A stretch of DNA of 64,000 bases, from positions 319,796,001 through 319,860,000 of the forward strand of contig OZ024743.1 in NCBI GenBank assembly GCA_964016885.1, written 5' to 3'. Each line of letters opens with the position of its first letter. The first letter of the stretch is position 1. The notes under the pieces are model-generated. The model was not told the DNA's origin. It worked only from the letters and a program-made list of their open reading frames with translations, and searched no databases. The translations under genes were made by a program, and so were the position numbers. Shown piece by piece: positions 13,100 to 25,729 of the stretch. Origin of the DNA: Eledone cirrhosa. Taxonomy: Eukaryota.

Positions 13100-14848
13100 A
13101 TCATCATCATTTTACGTCCGCTTTTCCCTGCTTGCAAGGGTGGGACGGGTCCTATTCAGCACAGCATCTCTCCACTTGTCACGGTCCTTCGTCATCTCCT
13201 CGGTGAGTTTCAGCGATCTGAGGTCTGCTCTCACCACCTCCGTCCATGTTTTTCGTGGTCTACCTCTACTGCGTCTTCCTTCTACTGGGATTTCTTGGCA
13301 CTTCTTTACCCAGCAGTCATCCTCCATGCACATCACATGTCCATACCATCTCAGCCTTCTCTCCTGCACACCACAACTTATCCGTCTTATACCCAGTGTC
13401 TTTCTAAACTTGTCTATGCTTGGTCGTTCACGCACATTGACATTGCACATCCAACGGAGCATACTTGCTTCATTTCTCTCAAGCCGTCGCATATCCTCTG
13501 CAGTTGCTGCCCATGTCTCGCTACCAGGCATCATCGCGCATCTCACACTGGCATCATATAACCGTCCTTTCATACGCAGGGAGAAACCCTTCTTTGTCAA
13601 CAAAGGAAGCAGCTCCCTAAACTTTTTCCAACCCATCATTCTAGATACTATGGCCTCAGAACATCCCTCCCCCTCCCATGCTAATCTGATCACCTAGGTA
13701 CCAGAAGCTATCAACCACTTCTATAGAACCCACCTGCATTGGAAAAATGTGTCTATACTGCGATTACTACTGCCAACTTTCCCTGTACATCTACTGCATA
13801 CATAGTTTTCCCTACCTGTTAGTTTGCCTGCTATCCCACTACATCTCTTGTGTACTACATCATTGCGTACATTTTATGGAATTTATGCCAGTTCCTTTCC
13901 TACATATCGAATATGGCCATTTCCCTGATGGAATCAGAGTATTGTCCTCTCTTCTACTTATCAACACTGTAGTCTTAGCTATGTTCACTTTCAGTCCTCT
14001 TGATCCCAACTGCGGTTTCCATAGTCAGAATTTCTTCTCTAGCTCCTCTACTGATTCTGCTATAAGAACCAGATCATCAGCATAGAGAAGTTCCCATGGG
14101 CATCCAGTCTTAAACTCCTCTGTGATGGCTTGGAGGACTATAATGAACAAGAGCAGGCTGAGGACCGAACCCTGATGTACACCTACTTGTATCTGGAATT
14201 CCCCACTAAACTCCATACCTACTCTCACTTTACTGACAGCACCCCTGTACATAGCTTGCACTGCCCTCACAAGCCATTCCTCTACACGTAGTTTCCTTAG
14301 AGACCACCAGATGACAGATTGGGGTACCCTATCAAAGGCTTTCTCTAGGTCAACAAAAGCTAAGTATAGTGGCTTATTCTTCTCTAAGAACTTCTCTTGT
14401 AGTTGTCTCACTAAGAAGAGGGCATCTGTTGTACTTTTCCGAGGCACAAAACCGAACTGCATCTCATCTAATTTGACCCTTTCTTTAATCAGATGCGCTA
14501 ATATTCTCTCTGCCACTTTCATAACCTGATCCATCAGCTTTATGTCCCTATAATAGCTCCTCTCTAGAGCATCCCCTTTACCTTTGTAGCAATTTATGAA
14601 AATACTGCTGCACCAGTCTTTGGGTATGACACCACCATATATAACTTGATTGATGATGCGTGCAACCAGTTTAATGCCTACTTTACCTGATGCCTTCAGC
14701 ATCTCAGCAACTATCCCCGATGGTCCAGCAGCCTTACCATTCTTCATTTCTTGAATTGCCTCTTGTACCCTATATTCATCAATCTCAATAGCTGGTCCCT
14801 CTGTTGGGTCTACTGGGGGTAATTTCTCTCTGTCCCATTCATTCTCTA
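13100..14848 (-). mobile_element. 5'-truncated RTE LINE (RT to tail)
   Basis: ORFs 14025..14848 (FVDLEKAFD, GVHQGSVLS, LYADDL) and 13112..13693; ATG-repeat tail near 13100. Confidence 0.93.
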
Positions 14849-14849
14849 C

Positions 14850-14881
<32 letters not shown>

Positions 14882-15070
14882 GTATATACGTACATATACA
14901 TACATAGATATATATACATACATATATATACATATATATATATACACATACATATACACACATACATATACATATATATATACACATACATATACATATA
15001 TATATACATATACATATATATATACACATACATATACATACATATATATATATATATACGTACATATACA
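14849..15070. repeat. Compound (TA)/(CA)/(TACA) microsatellite between two divergently oriented RTE copies
   Basis: Direct reading. Confidence 0.95.
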
Positions 15071-15072
15071 TT

Positions 15073-16408
15073 TCTGTTCTTAGCCTTCTCCTGTTCATCA
15101 TAGTCCTGCAGGCAATAACGGAGGAGTTCCCATGGGAACTCCTGTATGCTGATGACCTCATACTTATAGCTGAATCTATGGTAGAACTAGAGAAGAAATT
15201 CCAAACTTGGAAGCAGGGACTAGAAAGAAAGGGTCTCAAAGTCAACATGACAAAGACTAAGGTCCTTGTAAGTAGACGAGAAAACAGAACCCAGATCCCT
15301 CAGGGAAATGGCCTTGCTCAGTATGTAGGAAAGGTGTAGGTAGGAACTCCATTCTCTGCCCCAAATGCAAACAATGGGTACACAAGAGGTGTAGCGGGAT
15401 CTCAGGAAGCTTAATTAAGAATGTAGGCTTCACATGTAGCAGCTGTGCTGGGACAGCAAGCAGCATACAGCCACAGGAAACAAGTACCATCAATCTCTGG
15501 GAGGGCTCTGTAGAAACAGTAGACAGCTTCTGCTACCTAGGTGACCGAAATAGCAGAGGAGGTGGGTGTTCAGAAAGTACAATAACTAGGGTAAGAATGG
15601 GATGGAAGAAGTTCAGGGAACTACTGCCACTACTACCTGCAAAAGGCTTCTCCCTCAAAATGAAAGGCAGACTGTATGATGCGTGTATACGAACAGCAAT
15701 GTTACATGGTAGTGAGACCTGGGCACTGAAGGTGGAAGACTTACGTAGATTAGAAAGAAACAAATCCTACATGCTCCGATGGATGTGTAATAGTAATATA
15801 CGCGAACGGCAAAGTATAAATGAATTGAGAGAGAGACTGAGCATAAGAGGAATCAAATGCTGTGTGCAGGAGAGGCGGTTGTGTTGGTATGGATATGTGA
15901 TGCGTATGAAGGATGACAGCTGCATAAAAAGGTGCAGAGCACTAGAAGTCAATGGAAACCGTGGAGTGGGGAGACCCAAGAAGACCTGGGATGAGGTGAT
16001 AAAAGCCGACCTTACCCAATTACACCTCTCAAAGGCGATGACACACGACCATGACCTCTGGCGTTATGCAGTAATACAGAGTACCTGACCTCCCATGGGT
16101 ACAAGCTGAAGCATATAGACAATATGCCCCCACACCCTCCCACTGCAAAGTGGTCGTGGAGGTGCCACGGCAAAAAAGCACCCAGCCCACACTGTAAAGT
16201 GGACGTGTAGGCACCACGGTAAAAAAGCACCCAGCACTCACTGTAAATGAGGTTGGTGTTAGGAAGGGCATCCAGCTGTAGAAATCAAGCCAAAATCAGT
16301 TCCTGTATGAGCAAGGCATGGTCAGCCGACCAGACACTGCCCACAACAGGACAACCCGTCTAACCCATGCTAGCATGGAAGAACGGACGTAAAACGGTGA
16401 TGATGATA
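15073..16408 (+). mobile_element. 5'-truncated RTE LINE (RT C-terminal part, PHD-like finger, 3'UTR, tail)
   Basis: [24 protein letters not shown] 15597..16088; tail lies tail-to-tail with the next copy. Confidence 0.92.
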
Positions 16409-16412
16409 CATA

Positions 16413-19400
16413 CATCATCATCATCATCATCATCGTTTAACGTCCGTGTTCCATGCTTGCATGGGTTTGGACGGGAGTTTTCCCACTTGAGGCAAGAGTG
16501 GTTGTCTTGCTCGCATAGGACTGTCTGGCGGGTTTTCTACAGTTGGATGCCCTTCCTAACACCAACCACATTTACAGTGTGGGGCCGGGAGGTTTTTACC
16601 GTGTTGCCTACACGGCCACATTACAGCGTGGACTGTCTGGCAGGTTTTCTACAGCTGGATGCCCTTCCTAACACCAACCGCATTTACAGTGTGGGACTGG
16701 GACGTTTTTACCGTGTTGCCTACACGGTCACATTACAGCGCGGACTGTGTGTTTTTTGTCGTGACACCTACACGATCTCATTTGTTTCGGCCTGGATTTT
16801 GTGGCACCAACATAACTTTACATTGAAAGGGGCGGGGGTGGTGGGACGGGGGTGTATTTTGTTAGAGATGCCTACTGACTGTAGTAGGTTTTACTTTGTA
16901 TTTAGGTAACGCGGGTCTTCTCTATTACTGAGTAACGCCAAAGCTCTCGGTCCAGTGACATTGTCTTGGAGAGGTGTAAGTGTGTGAGGTCGGAATTTAT
17001 CAGCTCGTCCCAGGTTTTTCTGGGTCTGCCTACTCCGTGGCTACCGTCTATCTTTATTGCCCTGCACTTTGTTATACAGCTGTCGTCTTTCATGCGCATC
17101 ACGTGACCATACCAACGTAGCCTTCTCTCGAGTAAACAACATCTGATCCCTCTTATTACTAATTTTTTCCTTAGTTCGTTTATGCTTTGCCGTTCGCGTA
17201 TATTACTATTACACATCCAGCGGAGCATGCAAGCTTCGTTCCTCTCTAGTCTGCGTATATCCTCTGCACACAATGCCCAGGTCTCACTGCCATGCAACAT
17301 TGTTGTTCGTATGCAGGCATCATACAACCTGCCTTTCACTTTTAGGGAGAACCCTTTAGCGGCTAATAGTGGTATAAGCTCTCTGAACTTTTTCCATCCA
17401 GTTCTGACTCTAGCTACTGTACTTTCGGAGCACCCTCCCCCACTGCTGATTTTGTCACCCAGGTAACGGAAGCTGTCCACTATTTCTATAGAACCCTCTG
17501 CGCAGTTGAAAGAGCTAGTATTTTGTGGGCACTTGCTGCTACTTATTGCACCAGAGCACCGGCCACATGTAAAATCTATGTTCTTAGCTTACCTGTGATC
17601 CCACTACATCTTTTATGCACCCATACTTTGCATTTGGGACATAAAATGGAGTTTCTACCTACGCCTTTCATACACACTGAGCATGGCCATTTCCCGGAAG
17701 GGACCGGCGCCTTATTTTCTTTCCTACAAACTAGAACTTTAGTCTTAGCCATGTTAATTTTAAGGCCTTTTGATTCTAGGCCGTGCTTCCATGTTTGGAA
17801 TTTCTTCTCTAGCTCGGCCATTGATTCAGCTATGAGCGTTAGGTCATCTGCGTATAGGAGTTCCCATGGGCAGCCGGTCTTGAACTCCTCTGTTATAGCC
17901 TGAAGAGCAATAATGAATAGTAGGGGGCTAAGAACAGAGCCCTGATGGACACCAACTTTTACGCTAAACTCTTCACTATATTCGTTGTTAATTCTAACCT
18001 TGCTCACTGTTTCTTTATACATGGCTTGTATAGCTCTCACAAGCCATTCGTCAACACCTAGTTTTCTAAGAGCCCACCAGATAATGGAACGGGGGACTCT
18101 GTCGAAGGCTTTCTCCAAGTCGACAAAGGCTAAGTATAGGGGTTTACTTTTAGCTAGGTACTTCTCCTGTAGTTGTCGTACAATGAAAAGAGCGTCTGTG
18201 GTACTTTTGCCTGACACAAACCCGAACTGCATTTCATCTAGATCGATTCTCTCTCTGATTAGTTGCACTATTACTTTTTCCGTGACCTTCATGACCTGGT
18301 TGATTAATTTAATCCCTCTATAGTTACTCCTATCTAGGGCGTCTCCTTTACCCTTGTAACAGTTAATGATGATGCTGCTACGCCAGTCCTTCGGAACAAC
18401 CCCATTCTGTATGACTTGGTTTACTATCCGGGTGACCATGGTGTGTCCCACCGTTCCAGAGGCCTTCAGCATCTCAGCAACTATTTCCGAAGGCCCAGCC
18501 GCCTTACCCGTCTTCATATCTTTGATTGCCTTACTTATTATACTACCTTCAATTAACACTGCTGGTCCCTCTATTGGATCGATCTGGGGGAGACTATCCT
18601 TCTCCTCATTTAGTAGCCTCTCGTAGTGACACTTCCAAGCGACCTTCTTATCAGCGTCAGTGATGGCGAGTACGCCATCATCATTTAGTACACACTTCTC
18701 CCCAACAATATCACGGTTTTCCTTGACACATTGCCTAGCAATCCTGAACGCCTCACGTTTTTGGTCCTCGCGTTGTAGAACATGCTTGAACTTTCTTTCC
18801 TCTGCTTCCCTTCTTGCAAAGTACACTTGTCTCCTAGCTTCCCTCCTGGCCACTTGATAGTCTTCTCTACTTCCCCCATCCCGCCATATTTTCCAAGCCT
18901 GCTTTTTGGCCTTAATCGACTCCTCCACCTTACTGTTCCACCACCATGTTACTCTCCTCCTGCCTATAGGCCTGCTCCGGCCACAGACTTTGTCTGCCGC
19001 CATCAGCAGGTTTGCTTTCAGGAATTCCCACTGTCCCTCTATATTGTCCGACTCTAAATGCTCTTCCTTACTGTCGAAAGCATCAAGTAATATGCTTTGA
19101 AATTTATTTCTGGCTGTGGGGTCCTTTAGCTTCCATATTTTTCTCTTGAGGATAGTCCTCTTCTGCTGTCGAGTACGTCTCGTCCTGACTATGAGGTCGC
19201 TAATTATCAGTCTATGTTGGGAGGTGCATTCTTCATGGGGGAGGGATTTAGTGTTTACAACAGTCACTCTGTCACGTCTTCTGGTAAGGATATAATCTAC
19301 CTGGCTGGTATGTTCCCCTGATCTGTAGGTGATCAAGTGATTGTCTCGTTTTTTGAAGTTAGTGTTACAGATTGTTAGGTTATTTGCTTCACAGAATTCC

Positions 19401-20230
19401 AGGATTCTGGAGCCTTCCTCATTTCTAGTACCAAACCCATAGCCTCCATGGATTTCATCATAGCCGTCACAATGTTGTCCAACGTGACCATTTAGGTCGC
19501 CAGCAATAATTATATAGTCACTGTCGGTTATTTGGGAGGTAGTGAGCATCAGTGTCTCATAGAAAGTGTCTTTTATAGCGCCAGGCAGTCCGGATTGGGG
19601 CGCGTATGCAGATATTATTGTCACAGTAGTTCTATTTAGAACAAGTCTTATTTTAATTATTCTGTCGTTTACTCTATTTACATCTATTATCTTATCCACC
19701 CATTTTTCTGCTAACATGATTCCTACCCCACCCAGCCCATTGTCATTTCCCACCCAGAAAAGCTTATAGCATCGTTTTTTACCCACAATGAATCTAGCAG
19801 ACCCGCCCCTCCACCTGGTCTCTTGGATGCAGCAGACATCAACCTCCTTACATTCAAGCATTTCTACAACCTCGTTTGAGCGGCCTTTTAAGGTCCCTAC
19901 ATTCATGGTACCAACTCTGAAGTTTTGGATTGCGTTTGGTGGGTGGGGTGCAAGGAGGGGTGTGGTTGATGGGGTTGGGGTTATGTTGGCCATCCGCGGC
20001 CGCAACAAAGAGGGTGGGGCTTTGCCCTTTCGTCCGGCAGCATGAGGTGAATTTGTCGTTATCTTTTGCATTGTCTTCGGGTGTCCAGATTCTTCTGACT
20101 CTCCAGAAATTCCCTAGTTCATCCATCATATCGAAAAAGCAACCAGAAGTGCTAGCATAGGTCGTTTACTTGTGATTGGTCCAAATAATAAGGTGGAGAG
20201 TGGGGGCGGGAGGGGTATGGGGTAGTTTGC
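16413..20230 (-). mobile_element. Near full-length RTE-clade LINE: APE + RT + PHD-like finger, one frameshift near 17585
   Basis: ORF 17576..20071 (QETRW, GDLNGHVG, YADD) continues after a frame change as KNIDFTCGRCSG...VDSFRYLG into ORF 16902..17480; 3'UTR with an internal duplication and ATG-repeat tail. Confidence 0.95.
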
Positions 20231-20876
20231 GAGGAGCAGAATTATTTTTAGAACAATGGTGAGACAGAACAGAATTATAGAAAGCCAATTTTGAATACGA
20301 TTTTTTGATTCTGGGGGATTGTAAGATATATAGATGAATGAACCGAATGTGGAGAGTTGAGAAGAAATGGATATGTACGTTACATTTCGTAGAAGAAAAC
20401 TGAACAAGCGACCATCAATAATAGGAGACAAATTCTGGGTTTAGTCCCCTGTAGCATGGCTTATTTATATTTGGTTGGCAAGGAGTGAGGGGGAGTGTGA
20501 GAGCAGCGTATATGATAGAGAGAGTGAGGGCGTGAGAGGTGATTTCAGCAGGCCAAGAGAGAGAGAGAGGGCAATCCCTAATTTAACTTGGCATAATTTC
20601 TTTTTTCGGCCAAAATGGTTACAGGAATATTATTTAGAATTGTAGAAAGACAAACAATTATGAACATGATTTTTTGATTCAGGGGGATTGTAAGATATAT
20701 AGATGTGAGGAGCAGAATTATTTTTAGAACAACGGTGAGACAGAACAGAATTATAGAAAGCCAATTTTGAATACGATTTTTTGATTCTGGGGGATTGTAA
20801 GATATATAGATGAATGAACCAAATGTGGAGAGTTGAGAAGAAATGGATATGTACGTTACATTTCGTAGAAGAAAAA
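20231..20876 (-). repeat. About 170-bp near-identical direct repeats (20231-20399, 20707-20876) flanking a possible PLE remnant
   Basis: Repeat seen directly. The spacer translates IPVTILAEKRNYAKL, similar to PIVTVLATERNVGTL at the end of the 43405 PLE ORF. Confidence 0.6.
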
Positions 20877-21005
20877 CATACATATATACATACATGTATA
20901 TACACACACACATATACATACATGTATACACACACACACACACATACATGTATACACACACACACACATGTATATACACACACACACACACACACATACA
21001 TGTAT

Positions 21006-21062
<57 letters not shown>

Positions 21063-21086
21063 TGCAAACAAATCATTTAAACTCAC

Positions 21087-21177
21087 CTTCAGGTCTATTT
21101 TTTGTAAAATACGAGCCAATATTGGAGTGAATAACTTTGGATCCAAGTTATTAATGAAACTGACTGCTTTCTGGATG
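21087..21177 (-). CDS. COMMD10: COMMD10 exon 2 (IQKAVSFINNLDPKLFTPILARILQKIDLK)
   Basis: Acceptor TTTCTTCAG and donor GTGAGT; 91 nt. Resembles recalled vertebrate COMMD10 [29 protein letters not shown]. Confidence 0.93.
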
Positions 21178-22236
21178 CTGAAGAAATAAAAACAAAGCTC
21201 ATTGAGAAATTGGGATTTTTAAACAAATTTTATATTAGTTTGGAAACATGCTTTCTCTACAGTTTCTCCCTACTAAAATAAGTAACTTAACTAGTTCGGA
21301 AAATAGAAAATTTTAGAGAATGGATGTTGAAGCACTTTGGAAGAGGATATACTTTATACAGGAATGAATGAGCTTATATTTTTCCATGTGCTATATCAGC
21401 ATGTATCAATTAAACCAGTTGAGGAGCTCTTCTATTTCTGAATAGGAAAACAAAATGTATTGCAGACTATATCTGCAGTGGAATTTAACTTCAGCACAGT
21501 GAGCTAACATTCCACACTACCTTGTGAACAGCGGTGAAAGAGATGATTAGGTCAATGGAACATTAGATAACTAGTTGTCGTGACAGTACTGTGTATCCTG
21601 CTACTGGTAATTCTGTTGCCTGTTCACTTGAAATGATAAAATTTGGCAGCAATCATCTGGCCTTAATGCTATCCAGTAGACTATCAAGCAGCAAATTGTA
21701 TTTATGGCAGTTTCAGGAGCCTGGAATTTTTCTGGGAGAAAGCTGGGTTTTATTTTAAGCAATGTCTGCAAAATGGAAGATATATTTAATGAATTATGCT
21801 AGTTCAGGTTAAGTTTTAGCTCTCAGATATATTTTCTGACTAGTAATTATATTTTTAAGATTTTATAATTAGGTTTATGGCTTTGTATATATTACTGACA
21901 ATGGAAACCAAGATATGAGAAAAATTCTAAAAATCTACTTGCCTTAACAGAGCACTACACACTTGTTTGTTGCACCCACACCCCACCTGAGTCAAGATTT
22001 TTGTCATTTCATAAGGAGATAAGTGAAAGCAAACAACAAAAACTCAACATTAAGAGGGAAAATATATAGCCCAGTCATATTTCTACTTTGAAAATAAGGA
22101 CCAACTATTTTAAGAACTGTATATTATAAAAAGATGTTAACATGTTACAATATTATTAGCAACGCATTTAGCTAGATATCTTACATCTATCTGTAAATAT
22201 AGGTGACTGGGTCACAGTCTTGTTACTCAGTATCTT

Positions 22237-22436
22237 TGAGGGTTGGCTGAAAGGTTCATAGGCTGACTATGAAGGATTAATGCTAGAGCTGTGAAATCTT
22301 GCTTGCATAAATTTCAACTCTTCTTATTAATAGCTGCAGTGTTTCTTTCCAGAGACTGTGTTGAAAAATATACCTCATTTGGTCATTCTTTGAAAGTATC
22401 TTGGACAGCCTATGAACTTTTCAGCTGACCCTCATA
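22237..22436. mobile_element. Mariner-type MITE copy 2, inverted relative to copy 1
   Basis: GAGGGTTGGCTGAAAGGTTCATAGGCTGAC ... CAGCCTATGAACTTTTCAGCTGACCCTCATA. Confidence 0.8.
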
Positions 22437-24804
22437 TGTTTGTAAATAAATTCAAATGCATACATTTAATAGACATTTAGCTTCACTGTGTATCAACATT
22501 CCAGTTATATAAATTTGGCTCAAGCAGAGCTGTTAAGTTTTTCATAGAGAGCAGGTATGTTTGTTTTTCTTCATTCTCTCTTGTGCAGCATAGTACCTAG
22601 TGGGAAAATTTTAACCAAAGAAAAAGTAACTTATTGAAACCTAGCTAGTAGTAATAGACAGATAGTGTAAAAGCTTGGCACCAATTTAGTTTAATGTGTT
22701 TAAAATTCACAAAAACACTCACTTATGTATACAGTGCCATAACAAAAAGGACCCTCTCCATACTGTAAATGTGGTGGCATTAGGAAGGGCATCTAGCCAT
22801 AGAAATTAAGCCAGAAACAGTTCTGTGTGAGCAAGATACGGACACTTGACCTGTATCAAATGGGACAACTTGTCTAACCCACACTAGAGTAGAAAAATGG
22901 ATGTTAAATGATGATGATGACTTATAAATTAACGGAGGTAAAAAAGAAAAATACAAGAATTTAAATAGTTGGAAGCAGTTCACAGAACTGTTAGATGTGT
23001 AAGAAACAAACAGTTTCTTGCTCCATCATCATCATTATATGATTGCCTTCCATGTTATTTCCTATTCAGAATTGCTGCCCTCATGGTGGGTAGAAGTTCA
23101 TAGACCTCAATGATATATGAGTTCATAGTAGTATGTATCCCATTTGGAGTAGACTAAGAAAGACACACATAAGCAGGAAAAGTCAAGTGAGTAAAATATT
23201 GGACTAAATGCTCATCAGAAAACTTGCCACAGCTAGCTGTGAGTAAGTACCATATCATCTGGAAATGTGATGTGATTCAGCAACAGCTTACAAGGAGAGC
23301 ATTATCTCCTATGTGCTTCATGAATGAAACTGGAGCAAAGTGAGCAATAGACCTTAACAGTCTCTCAAATATCAGGAAACATGGGAAGAAATATGATGGG
23401 AGAGAAGAGCATCCAGCTATAGAAACCAAGTCAAAATACAGATCCTTTGAGCCAATGTGGACACCTGACCTAGCTTGTCTCATAATGTGACAACCCATCT
23501 AATCCATGCAAGATTCTTTTATTAAATGGACGATGATGATGAAACATTGTACTGCCAAACATGGTCAATTTGTTTTAAGATATTTTAATGTAGCATTAGA
23601 TGATGATGTTTTCAATCTTCTAATCATAGTTTTCAAATTTTTACATAAGGGCCGTATGCCATATTAAAAGAATGGGAAATTTACAGTTCACACCTGTATA
23701 GTTGGCATCCTACAAGATTGTCCATAAGCTTTTTATGTGTTCTAATGATAGGGGACCCCAGTCATATCTTGAACAGCAACGTGAAATGAGGTATATGGTC
23801 AAGAATAAAATACATCATCCAGTTTAGGAACCCAAGCCACAACTTTATGATCGTAAATCTAAACACCCTAACCATATTGCAGAAGTTAACTCCATTCTCT
23901 TCATTTACATTAAATAATGTTATTTCCATCCCTTTACAAATAGATTTGGAAAAGTTTGAGCATTCGCCCGTCAGATATACGAGTCGGTCATGACTATGAT
24001 AAGAAATGGGCGTTTGTAGTCGACAAGACGATAACGATGGTATGAAGGAGTTATTTCCCTTAGGTTAATTAACTATTCTTTTATTAACGGAGCGGGTGGA
24101 TAATATTCTGCAACATTCTTGTATTTCTCCAACACACTAGAATGGAAAATTCAGCTCACTGCTGGCGCTTGTCTCTATAGAGGATAGATTAAACGATATA
24201 GATATATGGTAGTATCCGGAATTCAAATAAACCGGCGATGTTCTGTGTCAGTCAAAATATATACTATATAAACATTAAGTTAGGTATATTGACGAATATT
24301 TCATGTTACCCAATAACTATGCATAATCTTATTCTATACAAACATAGCAGATTTGTTATTAAAAAAAAAAATTATTAGTAATAGTTTCTAAATGATTATT
24401 TAAGAAAAAAAAAAGGTTTCGATAATTTTCAGCCGCTGGAGTCGAATCACATACGCCCCCCCCCCTTTTTTTTTTACAACAGTGAAATACGAAGGCGATC
24501 AATATAACTTCCGTAAAAGTATATAGGTGAGTGTTTATATTTATATATATATATATATATATATAATGATGATCTTGCTATATGATCAATTTCACTTGGT
24601 AATCATATAAAATTGGCTGCAGTCAATCATACATGCGCCACTAAACAGGAATCGACAAACGTTTATGAAAACACACAGAAATTCTCGATAACAAAATAAA
24701 GTAAAATATCTCAAATGAAGAAAAATCGGAATGCTTTAATGGACTTTAACAAAATGTACACACACACACTTTTATATATATATATATATATATATGTGCA
24801 TAAA

Positions 24805-24938
24805 AGCCGGCTGAAAAATTCATGGGCTGACTATGAAGGATTGACGCTAGAACTGTGAAATCTTGCATGCATAAAAATTTCACTTATTATTAACAACTGC
24901 ATGGTTTCTTTCCAGGGACTATGTTGAAAAATAAACAT
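24805..24938. mobile_element. Mariner-type MITE, partial copy 3
   Basis: One TIR plus internal sequence matching copy 2. Confidence 0.7.
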
Positions 24939-24954
24939 GATATATATAATGGCG

Positions 24955-25145
24955 GTGCCAAAACCTAAGAGACCACAATGGTGTCCTAGGCCTACCTCCC
25001 TACTCACCACCATATGCGCTGAGCTGGCCAACCGCAGGTGTGAGCCCCGCGAGTTGGAGTGGCTTTTCCAGCGCGTCTCCTTTGCCGTCCTCCGAGGAAA
25101 CGCCTTCTCCATTCTGTCCGCCGGGGCTGTGGGGACTCCATCGCG
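24955..25145 (+). mobile_element. CRE-clade non-LTR retrotransposon C-terminal fragment
   Basis: EPRELEWLFQRVSFAVLRGNA matches the LFQRxSxAxxRGNA end motif of CRE-type endonuclease domains. Confidence 0.7.
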
Positions 25146-25655
25146 TATCATTCCATATTTAACTATGGTCAATGAAGAATATGTGCCAATAGTCCTAGGT
25201 TGGCTTCCCTCTCTACATCTCTCCCTACTAGAATATTGTGCATACTAATTCAGGGTAATTCTCTATGCATGGAAAGAAACAGAGTAAAAAGTCGCCCGCT
25301 TGTATTCGGCAAGCCGAAATTACTTATATATATCTTCTTCTTATATATATGTATAATTTTAGTTACAGTATTACCCATTTTTGTAGCAACCAATAAGCAC
25401 AGAGTAATTGCTCTTTCGTGTAAGCTAAACCGAAAAGTACAACACTTGCCTACTTTCTCATATATTTAGTAAACACAAGCTTAACAGCTGTATTAAGCAT
25501 TGTTGAAAGGAAATAAGACACGAATAACAGTTGAAATATATTAATCTGAAGTCTATGGTGTCGTGACGCCTAGCAAAATGCTTATAATTCAGTTAAACAA
25601 ACAACGTAAATAAAATAAACAATAGATATACATTATAAATAATACACGCACATAC

Positions 25656-25684
25656 CTCGCTGTACTTGAAAACATTAACGCCAT
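25656..25684 (-). CDS. COMMD10: COMM domain-containing protein 10, coding exon 1 (MALMFSSTA + AG)
   Basis: Minus strand reads ATGGCGTTAATGTTTTCAAGTACAGCGAG then donor GTATGT. 29 nt; the trailing AG joins exon 2's C to make Ser. Confidence 0.85.
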
Positions 25685-25694
25685 TTTTAATAAC

Positions 25695-25729
25695 ATCACG
25701 TGACGTTTACTAGTCACGTGACTAGTAAA
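25695..25729. promoter_or_regulatory. Tandem CLEAR/E-box motifs (TCACGTGA and GTCACGTGAC), the second inside a 24-bp perfect palindrome, just upstream of the COMMD10 ATG
   Basis: ATCACGTGAC at 25695-25704 and TTTACTAGTCACGTGACTAGTAAA at 25706-25729. Confidence 0.7.

Noticed and set aside
14804-15103. YI/VC/HT/ER/SL-repeat ORFs here and at 20578-21189, 27276-27666, 39733-40158, 45488-46043 and 52094-53151
   Set aside because: These are translations of (TA)n, (CA)n and (GA)n microsatellites, not proteins.
14025-15248. 407-aa ORF as a single protein
   Set aside because: Chance read-through from the antisense of one RTE, across a microsatellite, into another RTE.
24047-24062. GGAGTTATTTCCCTT motif, repeated near 27884
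   Set aside because: Only two short copies with no shared flanks; not enough to call an element.
24430-24535. Antisense exon or promoter in COMMD10 intron 1 (ACTTCCG, AG/GTGAGT)
   Set aside because: Only short motifs, with no ORF or partner exon.
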